A DNA stretch of 64,000 nt, taken from NCBI GenBank assembly GCA_951406725.2, contig OX597827.1:14384001-14448000 (forward strand), read 5' to 3'. Origin of the DNA: Octopus vulgaris (lineage: Eukaryota). Positions 1 to 16,644 of the stretch are shown one piece after another (the first letter of the stretch is position 1; each line of letters opens with the position of its first letter). The translations under genes and the position numbers were made by a program. Under the pieces are notes generated by a model that did not search any database, was not told the DNA's origin, and saw nothing but the letters and a program-made list of their open reading frames with translations.

Positions 1-46
1 ATGGAAATTTAGCTGCTATTTTAGCAAGTAAAATGATCGTGCAGAG

Positions 47-70
47 CAGTGGTTCTCAACTGGGGTCCAT
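47..70 (+). mobile_element. hAT-type terminal inverted repeat remnant
   Basis: CAGTGGTTCTCAACTGGGGTCC resembles hAT/Charlie-type termini; no partner end found. Confidence 0.4.
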
Positions 71-294
71 TATGGCTCTTGGTGGTGGTGGAGGCGGCGG
101 CGGCGGCGGCGGTGGTGGTGGTGGGTGATAGTGAGGTTCCATGTTAGATTTTGTTGTTAAAATTCATGTGCAAAAATTGCTTATACTTCAGCAAAACCCA
201 AAATACTTTCAGTTTCTGTTTAATCAGTTTGCAATAATAAAGACAACTGTGACGACCTATCCATCACAAGACATCATAGTAATATGAGTGTAAA

Positions 295-307
295 ATGATG
301 GTGGTGG

Positions 308-338
<31 letters not shown>

Positions 339-528
339 GGTGGTGGTGGTGGTGGTGGTGGTGGTGGTGGTGGTGGTGATGATGATGATGATAGTGGTGG
401 TGGTGGTGGTGGTGGTGTGGTGGTGGTGGTGGTGGTGGTGGTGATGATGATGATGATAGTGGTGGTGGTGGTGGTGGTGGTGATGATGATGATGATGATG
501 GTGGTGGTGATGATGGTGGTGGTGGTGG

Positions 529-562
<34 letters not shown>

Positions 563-585
563 GGTGGTGGTGGTGGTGGTGGTGG

Positions 586-619
<34 letters not shown>

Positions 620-660
620 GGTGGTGGTGGTGGTGGTGGTGGTGATGGTGGTGGTGGTGG

Positions 661-694
<34 letters not shown>

Positions 695-735
695 GGTGGT
701 GGTGGTGGTGGTGGTGGTGATGATGATGGTGGTGG

Positions 736-769
<34 letters not shown>

Positions 770-777
770 GGTAGTGG

Positions 778-811
<34 letters not shown>

Positions 812-879
812 GGTGATGATGACGATGATGATGATGATGGTGGTGGTGGTGATGATGATGATGATGATGATGGTGGTGG

Positions 880-910
<31 letters not shown>

Positions 911-1050
911 GGTGGTGATGATGATGGTGGTGGTGGTGGTGGTGATGATAATGATGATGATGATGACGATGGTGGTGGTGGTGGTGGTGGTGGTGGTGGT
1001 GGTGGTGATGGTGATGATGATGATGGTGGTGGTGGTGGTGGTGGTGGTGA

Positions 1051-1084
<34 letters not shown>

Positions 1085-1089
1085 GGTGA

Positions 1090-1123
<34 letters not shown>

Positions 1124-1131
1124 GGTGATGA

Positions 1132-1195
<64 letters not shown>

Positions 1196-1200
1196 GGTGG

Positions 1201-1246
<46 letters not shown>

Positions 1247-1254
1247 GGTGGTGA
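295..1254. repeat. Compound (GGT)n/(GAT)n trinucleotide microsatellite, ~960 bp
   Basis: Alternating GGT and GAT blocks in one register; source of the poly-His, poly-Thr/Ile and poly-Val/Met ORFs. Confidence 0.97.
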
Positions 1255-1665
1255 TGTATGTGTGGTTGTGTGATAAGAAGTTTGCTTCCCAACCGTATGG
1301 TTCAGGGTTCGGTCCCACTGTGTGGCACCTTTGGCAAATGTCTTCTACTATAGTCTCAAGCTGACCAAAGCGTTATGAGTGGACGGAAACTGAAAGAAGC
1401 CTGCCTTATACGTTTGTGTGTGTGTGTGTGTGTGTCTTTGTGTCTGTATTTGTCCCCCACCACTGCTTGAAAACCAGTGTTGGTGTGTTTATATCCCAGT
1501 AACTCAACAGTCCAGCAAAAGACATTGATACAATAAGTACTAAGCTTAAAATAATAAAAAAAAAAACACTAGGATCGATTCATTCGACTAAAATTCTTCA
1601 AGACGATGCCCCAGCATGGCCACAATCTAATGACTAAAACTAGTAAGAGAAAGATAAAAGAAAAT
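1255..1665 (+). mobile_element. SINE family A (tRNA-headed, CORE-like), diverged copy
   Basis: A/B-box-like head, GGCACCTTTGGCAAATGTCTT core, internal (TG)n, CCAGCATGGCC tail; matches intact copies at 13187 and 15499. Confidence 0.85.
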
Positions 1666-2084
1666 AAAAGAAACGACAATTAAGACTAATTAACTTTGCT
1701 TTCCTTCTTCTATGATTGATAAAATAAAGTACCAGGTAGGTACAGGTGTTAATTTGAATTTGCAATGAACTATTCTCTATGTGAACAGATTTATATTAGA
1801 TGACTTAACTTTAGTCTTTCATACGGTGGGTAGATAAAACAAATCACCTGCTAAATACTGGGTGGGCGAGGGTGGAGGTGATGTATTATTCCTATCAAGT
1901 GTCTTAGATGTGAACGGAATTATAACTGAAAGATTAAGAATACATTTGGTACATGGCGAAAAGTGGTGCAATGAGCAGTATTCAAAGACATTTGTGTAAT
2001 ATATGCCGATGTGAGACTATGAGATTGTACATGACTTATGAGTTAGCAGGTGTATCTGAATACCTATATCAATGAATACATACC

Positions 2085-2590
2085 TGAGTGCACATACACA
2101 CACACACACACACATATGCACACATACACACATATGCACATAAGCACACACACATGCATACACTCTAACGTGTGCACACACACATACACACTCATGTGTG
2201 CACAACCATGCACACAAACATACACACACACAGACACACACATACACAAATGAACACACACCACACACTCACAAACATGCACAGAGCATACACATACATA
2301 CAGACACACACCCACACGCACATACTCATACACACATTCACAGGCACATACAAACAAACACACACACAAACCCACTCACAAACATACACAGAGCATACAC
2401 ATACACACATATACTCATACACACATTCACAGGCACATACAAACAAACACACACACAAACACACTCACAAACATACACATACACACACACACACACACAA
2501 ACACGCTCACCACACACACTCACAAACATACACAGAGCATACACATACACACACACACATGCACATACATGCACACACACACAATCACAG

Positions 2591-2627
<37 letters not shown>

Positions 2628-2640
2628 CAGAAACATACAG
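2085..2640. repeat. Degenerate (CA)n/(TA)n tract with internal duplications
   Basis: CA-rich tract with repeated CACATTCACAGGCACATACAAAC and CAGAGCATAC blocks. Confidence 0.9.
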
Positions 2641-3387
2641 AACATTGCAGATATATTCATTTATATTCATTTATACATGAAAATATATGAAGAAAATTAC
2701 ACAAGTAGCCTCTGATTTTCAGGGCATGCTAGCCTCCTCATCTTTCCCCATTTCTTCACCCATATCATGTCTATTCTCTCATCTAAGGCACAGTACAAAC
2801 GACAATAAGATCTACCAAAATCCTTCCTTTCCAGGTTCTTAGAACATGTCCAAGACTCTTCTTGCAGATTCCACTGTTCAATAATTCTGAAGAAATATCA
2901 ACAATGATTTCAATGGTGTTACAGGGGCCAGAGAAAGTCATGAATGTGGACCCTTTCTCAGACCAAAACGATCCTTACTCACAAGAATTCCTCTTCACTG
3001 GAATTCCCTTCATGCCGATATTTTTCCTGTACTTGTTGAATGACAATCGTTCAAGAACATCGACTACAACAAACTAATGTGCATGTGTGTGTGTGTGTGT
3101 GTGTGTGCGTGGTACTCAGCCAGTGTCTCAGAGGTACAGGTTCAAGTCCCATAGCTACCTGCTGGTGATTTTTTTTTATCTTACAAGGGTAAACACTCAA
3201 TCTTTCTGCTCTTTCCATGGCTACACTGCATTCAAAGTTTACTGTCTTGTCTGTAAAATGTGTGTGTGTGTCTGTGTGTGTATAAGTATATATATATATA
3301 TATGTATGTATGTATGTATGTAGGTATATGTATATACATTGTAGATCTCTCTATATATATATAATATATAATATATATATATATAAT

Positions 3388-3581
3388 ACGGGAAGGTTTA
3401 CGAAAATAAACAAAAGACGAAGGCAGGTGGAGTACAAACAAACAAATGTATTAGTATAGCACTCAGGAATAGAAATAGAACAAGTCTTTTACGTTTCGAG
3501 CCTACGCTCTTCGACAGAAAGATACACAGAAAAAAAAACAAGGAGAGAAGAAAAATGCGTGTAGGAGCTAACGATCTATCA
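3388..3581 (-). mobile_element. Short (TA)n-inserted element, family D, Penelope pLTR-like with hammerhead-like motif at 3485-3522
   Basis: Near-identical copies at 52609-52803 and 46072-46280. Minus strand reads TCTTT-CTGTCGA-A-GAGC-gtag-GCTC-GAAA-CG-TA-AAAGA. Confidence 0.7.
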
Positions 3582-3609
3582 TATATATTTATATATATAT
3601 ATATTTAAA

Positions 3610-3777
3610 TATATTGGTAAAAACGGTAAGATAACAAAAGAATGAGACCTCAATATTATGTAAATAGAGGAACTCTGAGTTTCGGATGCCGAGGTGGAAA
3701 TCCACCTCGGCATCTGAAACTCAGAGTTTTATCTTGCCTACCAAGTAATTGTCACATAATATTTTTACACATATATT

Positions 3778-3780
<3 letters not shown>
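3610..3780. mobile_element. Family F element with internal 28-bp-arm hairpin (3671-3728)
   Basis: AACTCTGAGTTTCGGATGCCGAGGTGGA-aa-TCCACCTCGGCATCTGAAACTCAGAGTT (one mismatch); shares sequence with 16645-16960 and 18095-18365; flanked by (TA)n. Confidence 0.8.
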
Positions 3781-3828
<48 letters not shown>

Positions 3829-3854
3829 GTATATTTAGGTAATTTATATATCTA

Positions 3855-4063
3855 TATGAGGGGTTGCTGAAAAGCTCCTGGCTTTGTGTAAAAGAAAGAG
3901 GATCTGTTAATTATGATTTTATTCAACTTATTTCCATCTCAGATTTACACAACAGTCTTTCAGTTTTTCTAAACCTTGTAAAAGAACTTGGGAGGTTGGG
4001 CTTCCAGCCAGGCCTTTCATAACACCCTTAAGATCAGGAACTTTTTTTCAGCACTGCCTCATA
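3855..4063. mobile_element. Mariner-type MITE
   Basis: TA-flanked imperfect TIRs TATGAGGGGTTGCTGAAAAGCTCCTG / CAGGAACTTTTTTTCAGCACTGCCTCATA, ~205 bp, no ORF. Confidence 0.7.
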
Positions 4064-4127
4064 TATATTATATGTGTGTATATTGTGTGTGTGTGTGTGT
4101 ATAAATGTATGTATACAAATATATATA

Positions 4128-4256
4128 TTTCTTTACTGTGCACAAGGGGCTAAACATGGAATGGGGCAAACATGGATTAAGTCGATTATATCAACCCCAG
4201 TGTGAGATTGGTACTTTATTTATCGACCCCGAAAGGATGAAAGGCAAAGTCGACCT
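4128..4256 (-). mobile_element. SINE family B, 3' half
   Basis: ATCGACCCCGAAAGGATGAAAGGCAAAGTCGACC block shared with full copies at 22398, 40410 and 53411. Confidence 0.85.
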
Positions 4257-4348
4257 GTATACAAGTATATAGCAGATTTATATTTGCTATATGTGTGTCT
4301 GTATGTATGTGTGTATGTATTTATGTATATATATGTGTGTGTAATTAC

Positions 4349-4438
<90 letters not shown>

Positions 4439-4502
4439 GGATAGATGGATAGATAGATAGATAGATAGATAGATTGATAGATAGATAGATAGATGGATAG
4501 AC

Positions 4503-4546
<44 letters not shown>

Positions 4547-4559
4547 GGATAGATAGATG

Positions 4560-4620
<61 letters not shown>
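4349..4620. repeat. (GATA)n microsatellite
   Basis: Direct inspection. Confidence 0.97.
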
Positions 4621-5119
4621 CATACTAACCATAGACTTTAACATAGGAATTTCTATGAGCATAGAAAGACACATCAACAATAGTATCTTCCATACAAGAT
4701 ATTGACAAATAACATAGATGAAAACAAGACATTACACATATTATATATATACATATTATATATATATATATGTATGTGCATGTATATGTCTATGTTCACT
4801 ATGTGTGTGTGAGTGTGTGTACATTAATGTTTTTATTTTTTACTTGTTTATTGTAAAATTGTTGGACTGCAGCCACGCTTGTAGGATTTAGTTGAAACAA
4901 ATTGACACCATTGCTCTTATGTTTTTGAAAGCTTGGTGCATATTTTTATCAGTATCATTTCCCGAACTGCTAGCTTATGAGGACATAAACAAACTGACAC
5001 CGGTTGCCAGGCAGTGATAGCGGACAAGGGACAAATACAAGACATACATGCATATACGCATATTCCCTCACCTAAACATACACATATTTGCACATATTGA
5101 CAGATATACTTATATATAT

Positions 5120-5161
<42 letters not shown>

Positions 5162-5293
5162 TATATTAAATTAGAGATAAAACCACTATTAGGCAAATCA
5201 TACAATGAAAAACTTAAGCCAATACACAAGATTAATTAATTTATATTATTTTAAATATATATCAAAATTATTAAAAAAAGATAATTAGTATAA

Positions 5294-5356
5294 CACTACG
5301 ATCGTTTCATGGCTGTCCAATTCATAAAAATTCGAGTTGCAGTCATTCTTCAGGTG
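5294..5356 (-). ncRNA. Type I minimal hammerhead ribozyme candidate (family G)
   Basis: Minus strand: CAC-CTGAAGA-ATGACTG...CAGCCAT-GAAA-CGATCG-TA-GTG. Intact core, palindromic stem/loop III, GUA cleavage triplet, stem I CAC/GTG. Confidence 0.7.
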
Positions 5357-5394
5357 ATTGAAATATTTAACTTGGCGAGGTTTCATCAATGTAC

Positions 5395-5727
<333 letters not shown>

Positions 5728-5882
5728 CATCATCATCATCATCGTTTAAGGCTTCTTTGAGCTTTTGTGTCTCAAATCCACACACTAGGCTTTAGTCAAT
5801 AGAGTGGCTTTAGATGAAGACATTTGCTCAAGCAGCAGGACTGAACCCAAAGACAAGGAAACTTCTCAACCACTCTGCATAT

Positions 5883-5974
<92 letters not shown>

Positions 5975-6468
5975 ACATACATATATATCCAATATGTATA
6001 TAATGTATATATATATATATATATAATTATAACAATGAATATGGTCTTTTTCCATACGGAAATACTACTTGGTGAAATTTGTTGATTTTATTAAATTAAT
6101 TATATTTCACCCTTTATCTGTATTGATTATATATATATATATAATCTATAACTATATAATATATATTATATATGCAAGTATATTACATGAATTTATATAT
6201 GATGTATGTGTGTTTTTGTATGCGTTTGTGGAAAAGATGGTTTTAACTAGAAAACTAAATCCCAGTGAACGCACAATTACTTATAAATATAATTATATAT
6301 ATGTATAAATATAATTATATATATATGTATATATGTGTATTGATAGATAGATAGATAGAGAGAGAGGGATGAAGAGAGAGAGAGAGAGAAATGAAACAGT
6401 TCATTACCTGTTATATATAGATTCATATATGATTTTATTTTGTATTGATATATATATGTGTGTGTATG

Positions 6469-6512
<44 letters not shown>

Positions 6513-6581
6513 TATTTTGGAATAGTCATTTTGCCAGTTTAGCCAATATATATATATATTGATGTATGTATGTGTTATATA

Positions 6582-6618
<37 letters not shown>

Positions 6619-6622
6619 CATC

Positions 6623-6679
6623 ATCATCATCGTCATTTAACGTTAGCATGGAAAGCGGACGTTAAATGACGATGATGAT
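6623..6679. repeat. Perfect 21-bp inverted repeat made of two SINE family C tails
   Basis: ATCATCATCGTCATTTAACGT, 15-nt spacer, ACGTTAAATGACGATGATGAT; the right part is the family C 3' end (GCATGGAAAGCGGACGTTAAA-GAT repeats). Confidence 0.8.
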
Positions 6680-6822
6680 ATATATATATACATATATATA
6701 TATATATGCACACACACACACACGCACATATAACATACATAAATAAATAAATAAATAAATATATATATATATATATATATATACACGAAATAAGTGTGCA
6801 CATTTATGCCTGCATACATACA

Positions 6823-6856
<34 letters not shown>

Positions 6857-7179
6857 GAATTATATCATATAACTATATATGCTTGCATAAACAAAGTCCC
6901 AATTAGGTTCACGTCACACAGAAAAGCCATGTTACTAAGCACAATACTCGATAAAGACATACAATATACCTTTAATATACGTACACAATGGTAAACCCGC
7001 GCGCACTCGCACACACACACTCGTAATAGGCCATGCAATGGTCATTGATAAACAGAACACATCGTCGAACTTCGCCTACATATACATACATGTTCATAAC
7101 ATTGTATATTTATATAAAACTTATACACACACCTTACAAATATTCTGTTTGATTGTTTACATAAGAAAACTTTTTTAAT

Positions 7180-9200
<2,021 letters not shown>

Positions 9201-9552
9201 CAGATAGACGATTTGCTTCAGAACGTGTGCATGCGCACACCTTTGGTTTGCTTTTCGCCACTACATCACCGACGTTATTTTGTTTGCATCCCTGTACAGC
9301 AAACAGAAATATCAGTATTCACAGTACTGGGAATGATTTGATTGACTGAAGAACTTCAAAGAGTACCCAAGCATGGCCGCAACCCAACGACCGAAACAGG
9401 TTAAACAGCAGAAATAGATACATACAAACAAATAAGTGAACATTTTAGTGGTCATTCAATGTACTAGAAATAGCCATCAAATCTCCCTCATTTCAACACT
9501 TTACCATATTAAAGATGAAAAAGAGTGCATCAGGTAACGTAATCCACACATA

Positions 9553-9640
9553 TACAGGGTGTCCCAAAAAATGTATACAGACCTTAAATAATTGTAAATT
9601 TGGGGTTTATTATAATTCGAATAATTTTCAACATGTAAAA
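9553..9640 (+). mobile_element. Tc1/mariner-type terminal fragment
   Basis: TA-CAGGGTGTCCCAAAAAATGTATACA start typical of Tc1/mariner TIRs; truncated by the adjacent SINE. Confidence 0.5.
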
Positions 9641-9644
9641 GAAT

Positions 9645-9840
9645 TTACTCTAGGCGGAAGGCCCGAAATTTGAGGAGAGGGAGCCAGTCGATTAGATCAA
9701 CTCCAGTACGCAACTGGTACTTAATTTATCGTCCCCGAAAGGATGAAAGGCAAAGTCGACCTCGGCAGAATTTGAACTCAGAATGTAAACACAGACGAAA
9801 TAGCGCTAAGCATTTCGCCCGGCGTGCTACCGTTTCTGCC
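9645..9840 (-). mobile_element. SINE family B copy
   Basis: Family B central block plus head (GAATTTGAACTCAGAA...CATTTCGCCCGGCGTGCTA). Confidence 0.85.
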
Positions 9841-9991
9841 AAGTGGTCCTCTCCGAAAAGCGGGGACGGTCGAGCATTTAACGCCTTTTATCCTATATTC
9901 ATGCAGTCAGTGTTAACCTGTTGTTTAATAAAAGCAGCAAAAGAGAAGAGAAAGAGATGGAGAGAGATATAGTGATGCTTATATATGTACA

Positions 9992-10070
9992 TATGGCGGT
10001 GCCCCAGCATGGCCACAGCTCGTGAGCTGAAACTAGATAAAATAAAAATAAAAAAAAAAATAAAATAAAA
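9992..10070 (+). mobile_element. Short retroposon 3'-tail fragment (putative LINE 3' end)
   Basis: GGCGGTGCCCCAGCATGGCCACAGCTCGTGAGCTGAAACTAGATAAAATAAAA; recurs at ~26675-26740 and ~48943-48995. Confidence 0.65.
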
Positions 10071-10075
10071 TATAT

Positions 10076-10115
<40 letters not shown>

Positions 10116-10199
10116 ACATATATATATGTACTTATACACATTGTTGTTCTCTGCACATTGATAGAAATCAAACAAATCTAGTATGAGATTATATATATT

Positions 10200-12560
<2,361 letters not shown>

Positions 12561-13186
12561 TTTATTCTCATAAGTAATTTTGTATAAATTCCCTTACAGC
12601 AAAAAGTCCCTGTTAGTATTTTTCACAAAACCTAAAGTTATAAGTATTGCTTAAGCTCTCATCATACAAGTGGTTTTCTGAAACAGGTTTCCATAGATAT
12701 TTTCCCTGTTAAAAAGTTTAGATTTATATATATGTATAACTACAACTTTGGAACATAATACTAATGAAAAGGGTTGAAATGACTATCAGAAACCAAAGAA
12801 GGAAAGAAAGAAGTCATTCTAATACAAAGAATCACAAACAGGTATGAAATTTAGAATCTGATTAGACTTGGAATGTGACAAAAACCTAGAAAGTTGGACT
12901 GAAGTGCTGGCGGCTGGTAGACTGACAGGTAGATGGTGTAATTGAAAGCTAGTAAGTTATCTGATTGATTTTGAAATCAAATAGATAATCATTATAGTTG
13001 ATAGACAGACAGGTGTGTAAGTATGATAAAAAGAATCACTGGCAAGTTGAGACAGACAAGATAGGTAAACAATATACCAATAAGTAGTATAATTACATTT
13101 GGCAATAGAGAGCTGAAAACATTTAAGATTTTTCAAGTTTTATTTGGAAAACTACAGGTAAAGAAAAATAATTAAAGATACTGAAA

Positions 13187-13585
13187 CAGGAGTGGCTGAG
13201 TGGTAAGTAGCTTGCTAACCAACCACATGGTTCCGGGTTCAGTTCCACTGCGTGGCACCTTGGGCAAGTGTCATCTGCTATAGCCCCGGGCCGACCAATG
13301 CCTTGTGAGTGGATTTGGTAGACGGAAACTGAAAGAAGCCTGTCGTATATATGTATATATATATATATGTGTTGGTATGTGTTTGTGTGTCTGTGTTTGT
13401 CCCCTAGCATTGCTTGACAACCGATGCTTGTGTGTTTACGTCCCCGTCACTTAGCGGTTCGGCAAAAGAGACCAATAGAATAAGTACTGGGCTTACAAAG
13501 AATAAGTCCCGGGGTCGATTTGCTCGACCAATAGGCGGTGCTCCAGCATGGCCGCAGTCAAATGACTGAAACAAGTAAAAGGGAG
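13187..13585 (+). mobile_element. SINE family A, full length
   Basis: A box TGGCTGAGTGG, B box GGTTCAGTTCC, CORE-like GCACCTTGGGCAAGTGTC, internal (TA)/(TG) tract, tail CCAGCATGGCCGCAGTCAAATGACTGAAACAAGTAAAAG. Confidence 0.92.
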
Positions 13586-14740
13586 TGAGAAGCAAAAATA
13601 AAAAAATAAAAAAACTGATAAACTAGGAAAACAATCTGGTTATAAAAATTAAATTTTTGCCTTCTACTAACTTCGTTTCCTGAAGAATTTTCAATCCGTC
13701 CTAAAAACATTCTCTCTCTCTCTCTCTCTAAGGTTCCTTTCAGAGAGAAATACTTTTGCATGTAAAAAGAAAAAAAAAAAAAAAAACGAAAAATACTTCC
13801 ACTTTGTCACTTTGGATAGACGTTATATTTATTATAAGATGGTTTCAAAGTTACAAGTTTACCGAAAAAAGAAAAAAAAAACCAAACATGAATAGAAGGA
13901 ACAAGGTAAGAAACAAAAGCTACAAAGAACAACAGAGTACATAAAAGCTAACTTACTTGTATAGTTATATGTGTTGGTAAGATGAGCGGTTGTATAATCC
14001 ATAACTCCAAATGAACACTACAGCGCGATCTACAAACTATAGCTGCACACTGTTGTTATGTGAAATTCTAAGTGTTTTCTCTAAGTCAATGCTAAGCTCA
14101 GCCAGCGCTCTCATTCGTTCACGCTCTCTCCCTTTCTACAGCTCTATTCTCTCTCTCCTTACTCTCCTACACTCTCTCACTCCTAAATGACTCTTTCACC
14201 TCTCTCTCTCTCTTTCTCTGTCTTTGTCACTCCTGTTATTTTTCCATCTCCACACTACTTTTCCATGTGCTTCTCCAGAGGATATGCCGATGTGTTTTTA
14301 CAGCTTGTGTAGAAATGGAGAGCAGTCCGAATTTATGGCTGAATGTTCTAAGATAAATGTAAAAATATGCATATATGTAAATATATATATATATAAATGT
14401 GTGTATGTATATGTATATATATAAGTATATATATATAAATATATATATGTATATATATAATATATATATATATGTTAATATATATATGTATATATAAGTA
14501 TATATATATTTATATATATACATACATATATATATTTATGTGTGTATTTATATATATAAGTATATATGTGTGTGTGTGTGTGTGAGAGAGATATATATGT
14601 ATATACATATATATTATATATGTGTGATATATATGTATATACATATATATTATATACATGTGTGTGTATGTATGTCTGTGTATATATGTGTGTGAGTGTG
14701 TAGAGAGAGAATGGTATAGATATAACCATAAATATATATG

Positions 14741-14772
<32 letters not shown>

Positions 14773-15016
14773 TATATGTGTGTGAGTGCATAAATATACA
14801 TATATATGTATACAAATACGTGAGTTTGTGTGTTTGAGCACATCTATACACACACACACACACATGCAACAAAACTCACTGAGAAATGAAATTCTTTTAT
14901 TGAATAACTTTTTTTTCCCTTTAACTTTCATATTTGTCTCTCTATGTGAATGAATGCACCATATGCATATGCACTTACATACAATGCGGCGTATATATGA
15001 GTATGTGCATGGTATA

Positions 15017-16626
15017 TAGAGGGTGCGATGAGTAAAACGTCACCATTTTATATTTTTAATTTCATGCATGCACATTGTTTGTTTTTTATTTTGTCGACTA
15101 CACAGTATAGTAGGGTCAGTTGGGTACTGTCTGTGAGAAAAATTGCACTATGACGCAATTCACTCTGCCAGAAATATGGAAATGACATGCTGTACTGCTT
15201 GGCATCTGCACTAGAAGTGCCATTATGAACATTTCAGAGTGTTTGGGTGTCAATCTGAGTGCAGAGAATTCGGAAAACGTTAGATGACTCTAATGGTGAT
15301 TACAAAGGTACAGCAGCTCGGAAAACTCACTCTGATCATTCTGATAGCAAAAGGACTCCTGAATTTGTTGGTGAGTTCCAGGCCATGACTGACAACAATC
15401 CCTCCAAGTCAATCAGGTCTATCACCAGGGACATGGGAGTGTCTGAATTTCTAATCAAGCAAGTAGCACATGAAGACATTCAGTAGGAGGAGACATTCAG
15501 GCGCAGGAGTGGCTGTGTGGTAAGTAGCTTGCTAACCAGCCACATGATTCCGGGTTCAGTCCCACTGCGTGACATCTTGGGCAAGTGTCCTCTGCTATAG
15601 CCCCGGGCCGACCAATGCCTTGTGAGTGGATTTGGTAGACGGAAACTGAAAGAAGCCTGTCGTATATATGTATATATATATATGTATGTGTGTGTGTGTG
15701 TCTGTGTTTGTCCCCCTAGCATTGCTTGACAACCGATGCTGGTGTGTTTACATCCCCGTCACTTAGCGGTTCGGCAAAAGAGACCGATAGAATAAGTACT
15801 GGGCTTACAAAAGAATAAGTCCCGGGGTCGATTTCCTCGACTAAAGGCGGTGCTCCAGCATGGCCGCAGTCAAATGACTGAAACAAGTAAAAAGAGAGTA
15901 AAGAGTATTCCTTATACAAGATGAGAAAGGGCCAATTTTTATACCAAGGACAAAAGGAAAGACTGTGCTATGGAGCTTTTGAACAAACTCAAGCTTCCCC
16001 ACCAACAGAACATGCTTTGGTTTTCCTCAGACGAGAAAAATTTCTGCCAGGATCAAATAATGAACACACAGCACAACCGTTGGTTTGCTGTGTCCCCCAA
16101 AATGTACCAAGAGTGATAAAAATCCAACATCCAGTCAACATCATGATGTTTGGAGTGGTCACTAGTAATGGTGACATTAAGCCCTGGGTCAAGAGAATAC
16201 TAGAAGACTCTATGTCACACAAGCTGAAGAACCCGGTCGTGGCTGTCAGACAATTTCTGTGACCACATCACCCCTAACATCTGGCCACCTAACTCCCCAG
16301 ACTGCAACCCCCTTGATTATTATGTGTAGGTCACAGTTGAGTGAGAAACCAAAAAAACTCCTTGTAACACCAAAGATGAACTGAATGCAAGGATTATGGC
16401 AGCTTTCACCAACTTAAAACAAGGAGACCATCCAGAAGAGTTGCAGAAGATTCTGAAGTTGTCTGGAGGCCATGGTTGAAGCCTATGGCAATTTGGAATA
16501 AATTTACGCTTTAGTATTTCAAAATATTTTTATGTAATTTTGGTAAATATATCTGTTAAAATGGGATGTCAGTGTTATTTTCATTTTTGCATAAGTTAGA
16601 CGACAATTTATGCACCATACCCTGTA
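15017..16626 (+). pseudogene. Decayed Tc1/mariner-superfamily transposon (DD37D/maT-like transposase)
   Basis: HTH region (NPSKSIRSITRDMGVSEFLIKQV), SDEKNF-type first Asp motif, IMMFGVVTSNG, WPPNSPDCNPLDY at ~16281-16320; many stops and frameshifts; weak TA-flanked terminal similarity; interrupted by a SINE. Confidence 0.85.
15499..15906 (+). mobile_element. SINE family A, full length, nested in the transposase
   Basis: Splits the EDIQ|YSLYKM reading of the transposase. Confidence 0.93.
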
Positions 16627-16644
16627 TATGCATATATATATATA

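Noticed and set aside
257-1364. 315-353 aa ORFs (poly-His, poly-Thr/Ile, poly-Val/Met)
   Set aside because: Translations of a GGT/GAT microsatellite; the minus-strand starts lie in an adjacent SINE.
2700-3077. 71-aa ORF in unique sequence
   Set aside because: No recognisable domain or splice boundaries on either strand; possibly an old mobile-element remnant.
13187-13260. tRNA genes at SINE heads (also 22100-22167, 53411-53500)
   Set aside because: A and B boxes are present but no full cloverleaf was evident, and each continues into a multi-copy SINE body.
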